Position numbers and translations under genes: made by a program. This document shows, piece after piece, positions 41,334-51,439 of a DNA stretch of 64,000 nucleotides. Position 1 is the first letter of the stretch. Each line of letters starts with the position of its first letter. Source of the stretch: Opitutales bacterium (GTDB lineage Bacteria > Verrucomicrobiota > Verrucomicrobiia > Opitutales > UBA2987); contig CBDDCJ010000026.1 in NCBI GenBank assembly GCA_965226205.1, positions 131,321 through 195,320 on the forward strand, in the 5' to 3' direction. The notes under the pieces are model-generated. The model did no database searches. It was not told the DNA's origin and was given only the letters and a program-made list of their open reading frames with translations.

Positions 41334-42893
41334 TTACCCTTCGATTTTTTCTTCGAGAAAGGTGGTAACTTCTTGGACGCTCATGCGCTCCTGTTTGGTG
41401 GTGTCGCGGTCGCGCAGGGTTACCGTGCCGTCTTTTTCGATGGTGTCGAAATCTACCGTTATGCCGAATGGGGTGCCGATTTCATCCTGGCGTCGGTAGC
41501 GTCTGCCGATGGCCCCGGAGGCGTCGTAAAATACATTCCAGCGGCGTTGCAGAGTTTGAAAGATTTCCCGCGCTTTTTCGACCAGCGGAGGCTTGTTTTT
41601 TAACAATGGAAAAACGGCGGCCTTGTAGGGGGCCACGCGGGGGTGGAAGCGCAAAACGACGCGTTTATCGCCATCGATCTCATCCTCATCGTAAGCCGAA
41701 CAAAGGAGGGCCAGCAAGGTGCGATCCACCCCCAGGGAAGGCTCGATGACATGGGGGACATAACGCTCCCGGCGGGATTCGTCGAAATATTCCATCGACT
41801 TTCCGGAGAATTTTTGATGCTGCATGAGGTCGTAATTTCCCCGCGCCGCGATGCCTTCCAACTCCTGCACACCAAACGGAAATTGGAATGTGATGTCGGT
41901 CGTGGCGCGCGAGTAGTGGGAGAGTTTTTCCGCCGAATGAACATCTTTACTGAGTTTGGATGGCGGAATGCCGATGCTTTCAAACCAGGCCAGGCGGGCA
42001 TCGATCCACTCACGATAGTATTTGGGCCAGAGGTCGTCGTCCGGGGGTATGAAATACTCGATTTCCAACTGCTCGAACTCGCGGGAGCGGAAGATGAAAT
42101 TGCGCGGTGTTATTTCATTGCGAAAGGCTTTCCCGATCTGGGCGATGCCGAAGGGGACTTTCACCCGTCCGGTATCGACGATGTTCTTGAAATTGGCAAA
42201 AATGCCTTGGGCCGTCTCAGGCCGCAAATAGGCCACCGAGGAATCGTCCTGCAAGGCCCCGACATAGGTTTTGAACATCATGTTGAAATCGCGGGGGGCG
42301 GTCAGGGAACCGGGTTTACCCGTGGCCGGCGATGGGATGAGGGCTATCTCTTGCTCTTTGACCTCGGTGTAATCCTTGAGTTGGAGGGAATCCAGGTTTC
42401 CCTGTTTAGCCAGTTTACGTTTGAGGTTTTCCGCTTTTTCGAGGGCCTCGTCTTCCATTACGGGGCCTTCCATTACGGAGATGTAGCCGATTATTTCGCC
42501 ATCCACGGCCACCGGGGAAAAGAATAGCTGGTCGGCCCTATAACGTAGTTTTGACTCCCGGCAATCCACCATCGGATCGGTGAATTGATCGACATGCCCG
42601 GAGGCTTTCCAAACCTTCGGGTGCATGATAATGGAGGCGTCCAGCCCGACGATGTCCTCGCGTTTCTGGACCATATCCCGCCACCAGGCGTCCTTGATAT
42701 TTTTGCGCAGTTCCACCCCCAATGGTCCGTAGTCGTAAAAACCGTTGATTCCGCCGTAAATTTCTGAAGAGGGGAAAATGAAGCCGCGGCGCTTGCACAA
42801 CGGGACAAGCGTTTCCATGGTCAGATTGAAGGGCGCGCGTTCAGGCATAAGCGGACTTAGGTTGGATTTTTCGTTTTTCGGGTCAAGCTCCAA
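41334..42893 (-). CDS. glyQS: Glycine--tRNA ligase (alpha2 type)
   Basis: [48 protein letters not shown]. Confidence 0.95.
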   Translation of the reverse strand: MELDPKNEKSNLSPLMPERAPFNLTMETLVPLCKRRGFIFPSSEIYGGINGFYDYGPLGVELRKNIKDAWWRDMVQKREDIVGLDASIIMHPKVWKASGHVDQFTDPMVDCRESKLRYRADQLFFSPVAVDGEIIGYISVMEGPVMEDEALEKAENLKRKLAKQGNLDSLQLKDYTEVKEQEIALIPSPATGKPGSLTAPRDFNMMFKTYVGALQDDSSVAYLRPETAQGIFANFKNIVDTGRVKVPFGIAQIGKAFRNEITPRNFIFRSREFEQLEIEYFIPPDDDLWPKYYREWIDARLAWFESIGIPPSKLSKDVHSAEKLSHYSRATTDITFQFPFGVQELEGIAARGNYDLMQHQKFSGKSMEYFDESRRERYVPHVIEPSLGVDRTLLALLCSAYDEDEIDGDKRVVLRFHPRVAPYKAAVFPLLKNKPPLVEKAREIFQTLQRRWNVFYDASGAIGRRYRRQDEIGTPFGITVDFDTIEKDGTVTLRDRDTTKQERMSVQEVTTFLEEKIEG

Positions 42894-42914
42894 ACAGGGG
42901 GCGGGTAGGTTATC

Positions 42915-43766
42915 TTACAACAGGACCAGGGCCAAGATGGGAGAAAACAGGACGGCGTCGCCCAAAACCCGCAAATCCTCGACCGGCAATTGACGGCTGC
43001 CTAAATCGATCAAAAATAGCCCCCACCCCGAAAGATTGAATGCCACAATGAGGGCCCAACCACTTTCGCCCGGCAGTATGATGAGAAAAACCCAGGATAC
43101 CAGAGCCGCCCCCAAAGCCAGCCATTTGGCGGCAGTGACCCAAAACGGCCAGCGCAAACAAAGAGACATTTGCCGGTGCTGGCGGTCTTCCTTTCTCTCC
43201 CATTTACCCATCAGGCTGCAGTTGGCGAAACAGAGGAGGCAAAACGCCACCGCAGCCAATAACCCCACCGGAGTATGAGCCCGCCAGATGCCGTCCAAAA
43301 AGAGGAAAACTCCGGCGGCAAAGAGGATAGCGGCCCACAACTCCTTGGGCATGAGCCTGCCCCAAATGCTTCCGGGCCGTTGCACCAAGAGGGCGTAAAT
43401 TAGACAGACAGCGACTAGAACCCATCCTGCCACAAGGTCTTTCCGGTCCAGTTTGCTGTGAGCCAGCCCCACCGCCGCAACTAAAACCATTACCCAGGCC
43501 GCCAGGATGGCCCGGCGATATACTATATAAAACCGATGCCGCTGCGTGGCCGCTTTTTCCGTATCAAGGCAGAGGCCGTCGATCCAGCGATCGGCCGCAT
43601 AGGCCAGCCAGACCGCTGATCCCAATACCAGGAAGTGCGTCCCGGCGAGAGGTATTTTGAATGCTGCGCTGAAAAAATATTGCCATGAAACGGCGATCAA
43701 GGCCGCGTCTATGGAGAGGATGTTGGGCCAGCGCCAGAAGAGGGGAGGGGAGAATTTTGCGGGCAT
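42915..43766 (-). CDS. Uncharacterised multi-pass membrane protein, weakly UbiA-like
   Basis: About 8 hydrophobic segments; YAADRWID resembles the UbiA first acidic motif. Confidence 0.5.
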   Translation of the reverse strand: MPAKFSPPLFWRWPNILSIDAALIAVSWQYFFSAAFKIPLAGTHFLVLGSAVWLAYAADRWIDGLCLDTEKAATQRHRFYIVYRRAILAAWVMVLVAAVGLAHSKLDRKDLVAGWVLVAVCLIYALLVQRPGSIWGRLMPKELWAAILFAAGVFLFLDGIWRAHTPVGLLAAVAFCLLCFANCSLMGKWERKEDRQHRQMSLCLRWPFWVTAAKWLALGAALVSWVFLIILPGESGWALIVAFNLSGWGLFLIDLGSRQLPVEDLRVLGDAVLFSPILALVLL

Positions 43767-44815
43767 CAGGAAAGGTTTAGATCGAGCTGGTGGGTCCCGG
43801 CGCCCGGTTCTTGAGGGCGGAAACGCACCCCTGCCCCTATCAATCGAACCCCTTCCGTACTGCGCTGAAAGGCTTCTTCGAGCAATTTCAGGTAAACTTC
43901 AAAATCGGGTTGGGGACAGACGCATTCCCGCGTGGTTTGCTTGAAATCGGCGAACTTCAATTTGATAAACGCCTTGGCGATGGCCAGATCGGCGCTTTTT
44001 CCCCGCAAATCCCGGCACAACTCTTCATAAATCGGTTTCAGTTGCCTGACGCATTCTTCCAACTGATGCAGATTTTTTTCGAAAGTGCGCTCGGTACTCA
44101 ATGATTTGCGGATTCGGGATGGTTCCACGGGGCGGTTGTCGATTCCTCGGCACAGATCGTAAAGCTCGGTCCCGAAACTACCGAAGAGGCTGAAAAGGTC
44201 CATGCGCGAAAGGTTTTGCAACTGGCCGCAAGTTTGGATGCCGCGCCTTTCCAGCCTTTGCATGCTTTTGGGGCCGATACCCCAGATTTCCCGGACCGGC
44301 AAATCCACCATGAAGTCCTCTACTTTTTCGGGGGTGACCGCGAACTGGCCGTTCGGTTTTCGCCAATCGCTGGCGATTTTGGCCAGCATTTTGTTGGGAG
44401 CGATCCCCGCCGAAGCGGTGATTTTTGTCGTTTCCAATATATTTTTGCGGATTTCCTTGGCGATGTCCCAGCCGTACTCCTTGCGCGCGGAGACATCCAG
44501 ATAGGCTTCATCGAGCGAGAGAGGCTCTACTAATGGGGTGTGGCGGAGAAGGATTTCCCTGACGGCGTTGGATACGGAGCGGTAAAGTTCAAAACGAGAC
44601 GGCAGGAGGACCAGCGAGGGGCATAGTTGCAGAGCCCGATAGGTCGGCAGGGCAGAGCGGCAGCCGAATTTACGAGCTTCATAATTACAGGTGGTGAGCA
44701 CCCCGCGATGGCTTTGCCCGCCCACGGCTACCGGTTTTCCCGCCAGTTGGGGGTTTTCCCGCACTTCGATGGCCGCATAAAAGCAGTCCATATCGATGTG
44801 GATGATTTTTCGCAT
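43766..44815 (-). CDS. dinB: DNA polymerase IV
   Basis: IIHIDMDCFYAAIE, NYEARKFG, SLDEAYLD, NKMLAKIASD. Confidence 0.95.
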   Translation of the reverse strand: MRKIIHIDMDCFYAAIEVRENPQLAGKPVAVGGQSHRGVLTTCNYEARKFGCRSALPTYRALQLCPSLVLLPSRFELYRSVSNAVREILLRHTPLVEPLSLDEAYLDVSARKEYGWDIAKEIRKNILETTKITASAGIAPNKMLAKIASDWRKPNGQFAVTPEKVEDFMVDLPVREIWGIGPKSMQRLERRGIQTCGQLQNLSRMDLFSLFGSFGTELYDLCRGIDNRPVEPSRIRKSLSTERTFEKNLHQLEECVRQLKPIYEELCRDLRGKSADLAIAKAFIKLKFADFKQTTRECVCPQPDFEVYLKLLEEAFQRSTEGVRLIGAGVRFRPQEPGAGTHQLDLNLS

Positions 44816-44833
44816 GACCTTTTTAGGTCACGG

Positions 44834-45424
44834 TCAGCGGCCGTCCTCCGGTTTCTTTTTCAATGCGCCCATTGTATTTTTTTTAATTTTTTTGAGCTGC
44901 CCCTCAATTTTTTTGAGCGATTTGCGGTCCATGTGGTCGATGAAAAGGATGCCGTTGAGGTGGTCCACTTCGTGCTGGATGACGCGGGATAGAAGGCCGT
45001 TGCACTCGAGGGTATGGCCGATGCCCTGCAAGTCCTGGAATTTTACCCGGATGGTTTCCGGGCGGACGATTTCGCCATAAATTTCTGGAAATGAGAGGCA
45101 GCCTTCTTCCCGCACGGTTTCTTTTTTGCCTAAAAATTCAACTTTGGGATTAATCAGGGCCAGTGGCATGAGCAGTTCCAAGGGCGGTCTTTTCCCATCG
45201 TAGATATAATTAAAAACCTCTCTACGCTGGGCCACGCGCATGTCCACCAGGCAAAGTTTTATCGGTTTGCCGACTTGTTGGGCAGCCAGCCCGATGCCGT
45301 CGTAAACCTGCATGGAATCCATCATGGCATTGGCCAATGCGGCCAACTGGGCGTCGAAAATGGCAATTTTCCGGCCTTTTTTGCGAAGGACCGGTTCGCC
45401 GTATTGGATTACCTTGAGTGTCAT
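44834..45424 (-). CDS. def: Peptide deformylase
   Basis: GIGLAAQQVG, EGCLS, QHEVDHLNG. Confidence 0.95.
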   Translation of the reverse strand: MTLKVIQYGEPVLRKKGRKIAIFDAQLAALANAMMDSMQVYDGIGLAAQQVGKPIKLCLVDMRVAQRREVFNYIYDGKRPPLELLMPLALINPKVEFLGKKETVREEGCLSFPEIYGEIVRPETIRVKFQDLQGIGHTLECNGLLSRVIQHEVDHLNGILFIDHMDRKSLKKIEGQLKKIKKNTMGALKKKPEDGR

Positions 45425-45573
45425 GCGGGATTATCTCTATGGGCGGCGGAAAGAGGCGGGCAATCAAAAAAGAGCCGGTTGGGGTAGGCTGGAAGCAATT
45501 CCCCAGGCTGTTGATTTGTGGGTTGGCGGCAGCGGATTGATTGTTTTACCTTAAGTCGAATTTAAATTTATCC

Positions 45574-47256
45574 ATGTTGAAGCTTGGCATTTTCATTGAG
45601 GCTCTTTTGTTTTTGGCACTGGCCTGTGTCCTGGCGCTGTTTGGGACGGGCATTCCGGTGCATTTCCGCACGGTGGCTCCGGGGGTCCTTGTCGAAGCGG
45701 GCCGACGGACACCGACCATCGAGCAATTGACGGACCTTTTTCTCGATGCGGGGAAAACCGGGCCGCCTGCGTTGCTGAATCCAACCCATCCCCGGCTTGA
45801 GGAATTGTTGAGGGAAAGGCCGCAATACGCCTTGACGGGCGGTCCTTCGCCTTATTTGGAGCAGTTTCTGGAAATAGCCGGCATCGGACCCGAAAATCAT
45901 TCGGGGGAGGACATCCTATCGCTCCTCCTGCCATCCGAAAACAGAAAGCAGATGCTGGACTTCCTCGAATATTCCGCCAACGCGGCCGTAAAATCTGTCC
46001 TGGCCACCCGGGCGTTAACAGGCACGGTTATCTTTATGCCGGTTTCTTCCACCGCTGGTCAGCCTCTCGAAGCAACCATCCTGACCACCGCGCTGTTGCT
46101 ACAGGGCAATCATATCGAACCGCAAATGGCTCGGAAATTGCGTCTTTTGGCGGAGGAAGCCCGGACCGGTGAACGGGCCGCCCTGTCCCGGCTGGAAAAA
46201 ACCTACCTGTCACTCCTCAGTCTGGGGAAGCGGTTCAATTGGACGCAATTGATGGAGTTGATGGGGTCGCTTTCCAACTGGACAGAGGTGGAGCAAACAG
46301 CGGCCGCATTTCGCCGCTATGGGGACAAAATGCACTTGATCTATGGGCTCATTCTCCTTTCCGAGGATGCGGAGGGAATTTTCCGGTATGTGGAAAAATA
46401 CCCGGAGGGCGGCTGGGATAATCTCGACTTCGCCCTTTCGTCCGGCAAGGGAGCGATTGCGGAACTGATCACCCAGACCAAACCGCTTTATCGCCCACCG
46501 GCCTTTGTCCAACTGCTGGACCGGCCTATTTCCTGGATCCCGCAAGCACCCATGCTCAGTTTCACCCACCGGCATCCCCAGGCCGCACTCAATCTAAAAA
46601 TTATTGTCATCGTGGTGGCTGGTTACGCCCTGGCCTTGTTCCTGAGCGATGTGCGGGAAATCTTCATGCGCCAACGCGGGCTTTCCCGGCTTCACCCGGT
46701 TATGATGCTGGAAAACGGCTTCGTTTCCCTTTTTGCCGCCATTACGTTGTGGGTTCTGATGGAACCAACCCTTTTTGAGAGCGGTCCCGAACCAAAAGCA
46801 CAGTTGCGCTTGGACTTTAATGTTGTCAATAATTTGCAGTCCTTAAAATCGCAGAACCTGGAGACCGCCATGCTGGATCAGATTACCCTACTCATAATTG
46901 TGCTGTTTTTTCTGCTTCAACTGATTGTCTACGTCTTCTGCCTGATAAAGATAACGGAGATAAAGAAGCAAACGGAGAAGCCCGCTTTCAAGATGAAGCT
47001 GTTGGAAAACGAGGATAATCTCTTCGACCTGGGGCTCTATGTGGGGCTGGGGGGGACGGTCATGTCCCTCATTTTGCTGTCCATGGATATTGTACAGGCG
47101 AGCCTCATCGCCGCTTATTCCTCCACCCTTTTCGGAATTATTTTTGTTGCCTTTCTAAAAATCTTTCATGTGCGCCCCTTCCGGCGCGGCCTTATTATCA
47201 AGGAGGATCAGGAAAACCAAAGCCATGAGCAAAGCTCTCTTGCTGATACTGGCTGA
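45574..47256 (+). CDS. Large membrane protein with C-terminal MotA/TolQ/ExbB-like core
   Basis: N-terminal TM, about 300-aa soluble domain, several TMs, then LLENEDNLFDLGLYVGLGGTV and AAYSSTLFGI. Confidence 0.6.
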   Translation: MLKLGIFIEALLFLALACVLALFGTGIPVHFRTVAPGVLVEAGRRTPTIEQLTDLFLDAGKTGPPALLNPTHPRLEELLRERPQYALTGGPSPYLEQFLEIAGIGPENHSGEDILSLLLPSENRKQMLDFLEYSANAAVKSVLATRALTGTVIFMPVSSTAGQPLEATILTTALLLQGNHIEPQMARKLRLLAEEARTGERAALSRLEKTYLSLLSLGKRFNWTQLMELMGSLSNWTEVEQTAAAFRRYGDKMHLIYGLILLSEDAEGIFRYVEKYPEGGWDNLDFALSSGKGAIAELITQTKPLYRPPAFVQLLDRPISWIPQAPMLSFTHRHPQAALNLKIIVIVVAGYALALFLSDVREIFMRQRGLSRLHPVMMLENGFVSLFAAITLWVLMEPTLFESGPEPKAQLRLDFNVVNNLQSLKSQNLETAMLDQITLLIIVLFFLLQLIVYVFCLIKITEIKKQTEKPAFKMKLLENEDNLFDLGLYVGLGGTVMSLILLSMDIVQASLIAAYSSTLFGIIFVAFLKIFHVRPFRRGLIIKEDQENQSHEQSSLADTG

Positions 47257-48670
47257 TTTTCTTCTCATCAGCATGCTGGCTCTGGCGCGGTTCGACCAGC
47301 CGGACGAGGCAACCCCGCCGGAGCCGCCCGAGTCAGTAGCTGAAAACAAGGAAACCGCAGCCGAAAAAGAGGACCTCATCGACGTCCTCAAGCTTTCCTT
47401 GCAAATCGAGGAGGATCAACGCCAAGCGCTCAACAAGGCCCTTTTGGTGCAGGAGGAGGAAGCAAAAAAGCTGGCCACGGAAAAGGGCGAACTGGAGAAG
47501 GATAAATTGGAGCTTATCGATACTCAAAAACTCCTGGAACTGGATAAAACCGATCTGACGACAAGCTATGAGCAATCCCGGGAGGAGTTGGCCGCCGCCG
47601 AAAAAGAAAAGAACGATCTGGTTGAAAACTTGATTTCGACCCGCGAAACCGCCGCCGCGGAAAAGGAGCGAGTGCGGTTTTTGCAGGAACAATTGCAGTC
47701 CCGTGATGAAGAACTGACGCAGGCCGCGGAAGAATTTAACGAGGCGCAAAGGCAGCGCCGGGCGGTTGAAGGTCAAGTGCAGCAGCTTTCCACCGAGTTG
47801 CTCATAAAGGATACCGAAAAACGCATCCTGGAAGAAAACCTGTTGGCCGCGAGGACGGAAATTGAAACCGTGCGGGTGGAAAAGGAAACCATTCAGAAGC
47901 AGACCGATCAATTGGTGGAAGGGGTCAGTGTGCTGGCCCAATCCTCGACTGCCATCCAGGAGCAAATACGGCAAATTCAGCCTCTGTCCCTCAATCTCAT
48001 TTTCGACTCTTTTAAAAACAACCGCGCCATAGCCCGTTTCGACGCCGATTTCAGGGGGGGACGCAATCGGCTCTACGAGGCAAAAACCATTTTTTTAACT
48101 GACGGCATCAAGACCTACGCCGTTTTTCATACCCGGGAGACTCCATTTCGGCTGACCGGCCAGCCGCCCAACTTGCAAGATGTGAGCGGGACTTTGTTGG
48201 TGGGCAAAACGAGGGTCGAAATGTCCGAGGCGGGATTCCTGGCTGCCGATCCGAGGGTCTTGGCCGTTCCCGTCGATGCCGAAGTGGTGAAAAACGAAGG
48301 GATCAAGGTTTTTCCTTTGGCCCTGGAGCCTTTGCGTTTTCCGGAAGCGGTTTTGATCAACAGCGAGGAAAGTTATTACGGAGTGTCGGGTTTTAAGCTC
48401 GACCCGAAACTGGAGGGTTATTTCCGCATGCAGAACAAGGTCTTCAGCCGCATTTTCGGTGAATTTTCTCCTTCCCGCGGTGACCTCGTATTTGCTCAGA
48501 CGGGCGATTTTCTGGGGCTGATGGTGAATAACCAGTATTGCATCCTGGTCGATAGTTTCTACTTTGCCAGTCTCATTCCTCTGGGCGCCAATTTCTCCGC
48601 CCTCGAGGCTGAGGAAGCCCACGCAATCGCTCGAAGATGGTATCAGCAGCGGGCTTTAGAGCTTCAATAA
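47225..48670 (+). CDS. MotB/ExbD-like TM + coiled coil + trypsin-fold-like C-domain
   Basis: MSKALLLILADFLLISMLALARFD (single TM with Asp), about 200-aa coiled coil, SRGDLVFAQTGDFLGLMVN. Confidence 0.55.
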   Translation: MSKALLLILADFLLISMLALARFDQPDEATPPEPPESVAENKETAAEKEDLIDVLKLSLQIEEDQRQALNKALLVQEEEAKKLATEKGELEKDKLELIDTQKLLELDKTDLTTSYEQSREELAAAEKEKNDLVENLISTRETAAAEKERVRFLQEQLQSRDEELTQAAEEFNEAQRQRRAVEGQVQQLSTELLIKDTEKRILEENLLAARTEIETVRVEKETIQKQTDQLVEGVSVLAQSSTAIQEQIRQIQPLSLNLIFDSFKNNRAIARFDADFRGGRNRLYEAKTIFLTDGIKTYAVFHTRETPFRLTGQPPNLQDVSGTLLVGKTRVEMSEAGFLAADPRVLAVPVDAEVVKNEGIKVFPLALEPLRFPEAVLINSEESYYGVSGFKLDPKLEGYFRMQNKVFSRIFGEFSPSRGDLVFAQTGDFLGLMVNNQYCILVDSFYFASLIPLGANFSALEAEEAHAIARRWYQQRALELQ

Positions 48671-48677
48671 TCTGGCT

Positions 48678-50102
48678 TCAGGTTTCCCTGGCGGCACTTT
48701 CTTTTCCGGGCATGAGGCTGGAAAAGCTGACGAATGCGACGAGGCTGATAATCAATCCCGGAATGACTGGTTCCAGGCCATAAGAAGATTCTTTGAACCG
48801 CTCGGCCAGAATAACCGTGAGACTGCCCGCAGCCAATGAAGCGAGGGCCCCGGCCAAGCTGGCTTTTTTCCAATAATGACCGATGACGTAAGGGAAAAAA
48901 GCGCCGCCAGCTCTCAGGGAGAAGGAGAACATGAGAATTGTGATGAGGCTATCGGAGTGCGTTAAAGCGATTACCATAGCCAGAATCGCCACCAATATCA
49001 TGGTATAACGAGTGACTCGCAGTAATTCACTGACGGGGGCTTCCGGGCGGATCCATTTGCTGTAAATATCGTTGGCGAAAATGGAACCCGCAGCCAGCAG
49101 ATCGGAGTCCGCGCTCGACATGGTAGCGGAGATGAGGGCGGCAAAAACCAGGCCGACCAACCAGGAAGGCATCACCTCCAGGGCCAGAAGAGGCAATACA
49201 TATTTATCCCCCTGTTGGGCGATTAAGGCCTCGTCAATGAGCCCGCTTTGCGCCATGCTGTAAGCAATCACCCCAAGCAGGGCCGGAATGAATGCAAAAA
49301 GCAGGTAAATCGCTCCGGCGTAAAGGGAACCGAGGGCGGCTGAGCGGCCGTCCTTGGCTGCATAATATCTTTGCACCGCCTCCTGCCCGACGGCGAATGA
49401 GGTTACATAAATGACAATCAGGGAGATGATAGTCCCCACTCCAATGCCCTCTGTCAGGCTGAGTTTTTCTTGGGGAACAAAATTCATGATTTTCTTCCAG
49501 CCACCGCCGTGCTGGAGGGCAAAGGGGACAGCCACCAGCAAGCCGGCCACGATGTCGGTCAGCGTGACGCTCCATAATCCACCCATGACGGAGTATGCCG
49601 TAACCACCACCACCACGAGCATTACGCATAAGGAGTAGGGTAACCCTGTCATGACCGAAACAATAACGGAAGAAGCGATGATTTGAATGACCGTTAATCC
49701 AATCAGCGGGAGAATCATGACGACAACTGTGATAATTCCGCTGGATTCCCCGTAGCGCCGCCGAAAAAACTCCGGCACGGTGGCCACGGCCGCTTGGCGG
49801 AGCTTGGGCGCCAGGATGGCCAGGAGGGCGAAAGTTATCGTCATGGCGAGCACGTACCAACCGGCTGACAGGCCCCAGTCTCCATAGGCTTTTTCGGCAA
49901 CACCCATTGAGCTTCCACCGCCTGCCTCGGTAGCGGCCAGGGTTCCTGCCAGGAGGACGGGCCCCAGGCGGCGTCCCGCCAGGGTAAAGTCCTCATTGGT
50001 CCGGATCTTTTTCGATGCCCTGTAACCGATATAGAGCATCAACGCCAGATAAAGAGCGACGATGCCCAGGACTACCGGGTCCGCCGAAAAAGAATCACCC
50101 AT
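48678..50102 (-). CDS. Sodium:solute symporter (SSS) family (possible short in-frame deletion)
   Basis: EDFTLAGRRLG, FFRRRYG, QRYYAAKD, LISATMSSADS. Confidence 0.9.
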   Translation of the reverse strand: MGDSFSADPVVLGIVALYLALMLYIGYRASKKIRTNEDFTLAGRRLGPVLLAGTLAATEAGGGSSMGVAEKAYGDWGLSAGWYVLAMTITFALLAILAPKLRQAAVATVPEFFRRRYGESSGIITVVVMILPLIGLTVIQIIASSVIVSVMTGLPYSLCVMLVVVVVTAYSVMGGLWSVTLTDIVAGLLVAVPFALQHGGGWKKIMNFVPQEKLSLTEGIGVGTIISLIVIYVTSFAVGQEAVQRYYAAKDGRSAALGSLYAGAIYLLFAFIPALLGVIAYSMAQSGLIDEALIAQQGDKYVLPLLALEVMPSWLVGLVFAALISATMSSADSDLLAAGSIFANDIYSKWIRPEAPVSELLRVTRYTMILVAILAMVIALTHSDSLITILMFSFSLRAGGAFFPYVIGHYWKKASLAGALASLAAGSLTVILAERFKESSYGLEPVIPGLIISLVAFVSFSSLMPGKESAARET

Positions 50103-50146
50103 ATGCCGGGTGATGGCCAGGCTGGTTTATTTTGGCAGTCTGCGAG

Positions 50147-50515
50147 TTAAAAGTCGTAATTAACGACCCGTCCGTTGATGGTGGTTTGGACGCGTGTTGT
50201 GTTCGTTCCCAAGGTAAAGTCGTAGGTTTCGTCCGCCACGCTGGATAGGCCCGTCATATGCAGGCCGGGGCCTAAAATATTGGTAAGACCCACCTGCGAC
50301 ACCCCGTCATCCAGCATGTACTGCTGCGCGGCGGAGGCAAACTGGCGCAAGTTGTTGAGGACGGCTTTATCCTGAGAAGTTTGCCTGACCTTGTTAAAGG
50401 CGGGAATCGCCATGGCCGCCAGCAAACCGATGATGACCACTACGATCATGATTTCGACGAGAGTGAAGCCTCGCCCGTTTTTATTAATACCTACATGTAG
50501 GGGATTATGATTCAT
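50147..50515 (-). CDS. Type IV pilin-like protein (prepilin N-methylation motif)
   Basis: RG|FTLVEIMIVVVIIGLLAAMAIPAF. Confidence 0.9.
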   Translation of the reverse strand: MNHNPLHVGINKNGRGFTLVEIMIVVVIIGLLAAMAIPAFNKVRQTSQDKAVLNNLRQFASAAQQYMLDDGVSQVGLTNILGPGLHMTGLSSVADETYDFTLGTNTTRVQTTINGRVVNYDF

Positions 50516-50646
50516 TATGTTCTTCCTTCTTTTGCGTATGATTGATCAATAATTAATTATGTGCACAAATATTAAAATTCAGAAAATGGGAATGCCGGAT
50601 GCATAAACCACTTTGGTCTCCCATTCTCATGCTCGGAAGTTTTTCC

Positions 50647-50680
50647 ATTCAAGAACAACAGCAATTCAAGAACAACAGCA
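50647..50680. repeat. 17-bp tandem duplication upstream of the pilin gene
   Basis: ATTCAAGAACAACAGCA x2. Confidence 0.9.
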
Positions 50681-50931
50681 ACATTGCAGGCAGTTTTCCA
50701 AAGTAGTAATTTATAACCGGATCGGCTCCGGCCAATTTTTCAGCCAAAAACCGCAAAAAACAAAATAACTATTTTGGCTCGCTTTGCAACCCATAACCTG
50801 CACCCGCAGGAATGTTTTCTTTTATTATGTAACTAAGTAATTGTGAGGGATTTGTGAACAAATTACCCTTGTCCGTAGCAATAAGATGCCCTCTATTGGT
50901 TGATAGTTTTACCTTTTTCATACCTTAAATA

Positions 50932-51297
50932 ATGTCCGACCAGACCACCACCTTTGCTCAAATCAAAGAAAAAATCCGGTCTTTTGTGGAAGAAAGGGAA
51001 TGGCAGCAGTTTCATTCTCCCAAAAACCTCTCCATGGCCATTGCGGCCGAAGCAGCCGAATTGATAGAGCATTTTCTGTGGGACGACGCCGATCAAAGCC
51101 GGAAGCAATTAGCCGATCCTGGGAAATCGGACGAAATTGCGCGTGAAATTGCCGACATCGTCATTTACACCATTGAATTCGCCAATGAGGCCGGTATCGA
51201 TCTGACTGAGGCAATTGCCGGGAAGCTGGAGCGAAATGCCCTCAAATACCCGGTAGAAAAATCACGGGGCAATTGCCTCAAATACACCGAATTGTAA
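50932..51297 (+). CDS. MazG-like nucleotide pyrophosphohydrolase
   Basis: REWQQFHSPKNL, EAAELIEHF, EIADIV, KLERNALKYP. Confidence 0.9.
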   Translation: MSDQTTTFAQIKEKIRSFVEEREWQQFHSPKNLSMAIAAEAAELIEHFLWDDADQSRKQLADPGKSDEIAREIADIVIYTIEFANEAGIDLTEAIAGKLERNALKYPVEKSRGNCLKYTEL

Positions 51298-51367
51298 TCG
51301 GGGGACGGCGTGACGCTACAAACATCATTCATATGCGATCTTGAGACAGGTTGTTGTCGCATTAATT

Positions 51368-51439
51368 GAATTATTATCAACAATATAGCGATAATTGCAA
51401 GTCAAATTTTCTATGATAAAATGGAAAATATGGGATTAA
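51368..51439. repeat. Copy A of a 72-bp imperfect direct repeat
   Basis: GAATTATTATCAA...ATATGGGATTAA; matches 54133-54203 with 8 substitutions and 1 indel. Confidence 0.85.

Noticed and set aside
42290-42530. Extra segment in glycyl-tRNA synthetase
   Set aside because: Variable insertion domains at this position are normal for alpha2-type GlyRS
45574-48670. Canonical Zorya, Tol-Pal or flagellar stator
   Set aside because: No OmpA-like PG-binding domain, no ZorC/D/E, TolA/B/Pal or flagellar neighbours; kept only as a MotAB-like novelty
50683-50705. Sigma-54 promoter for the pilin (TTGGAAAACTGCCTGCAA, minus strand)
   Set aside because: GG-N10-GC spacing is right but the match to TGGCAC...TTGC is poor; not supportable
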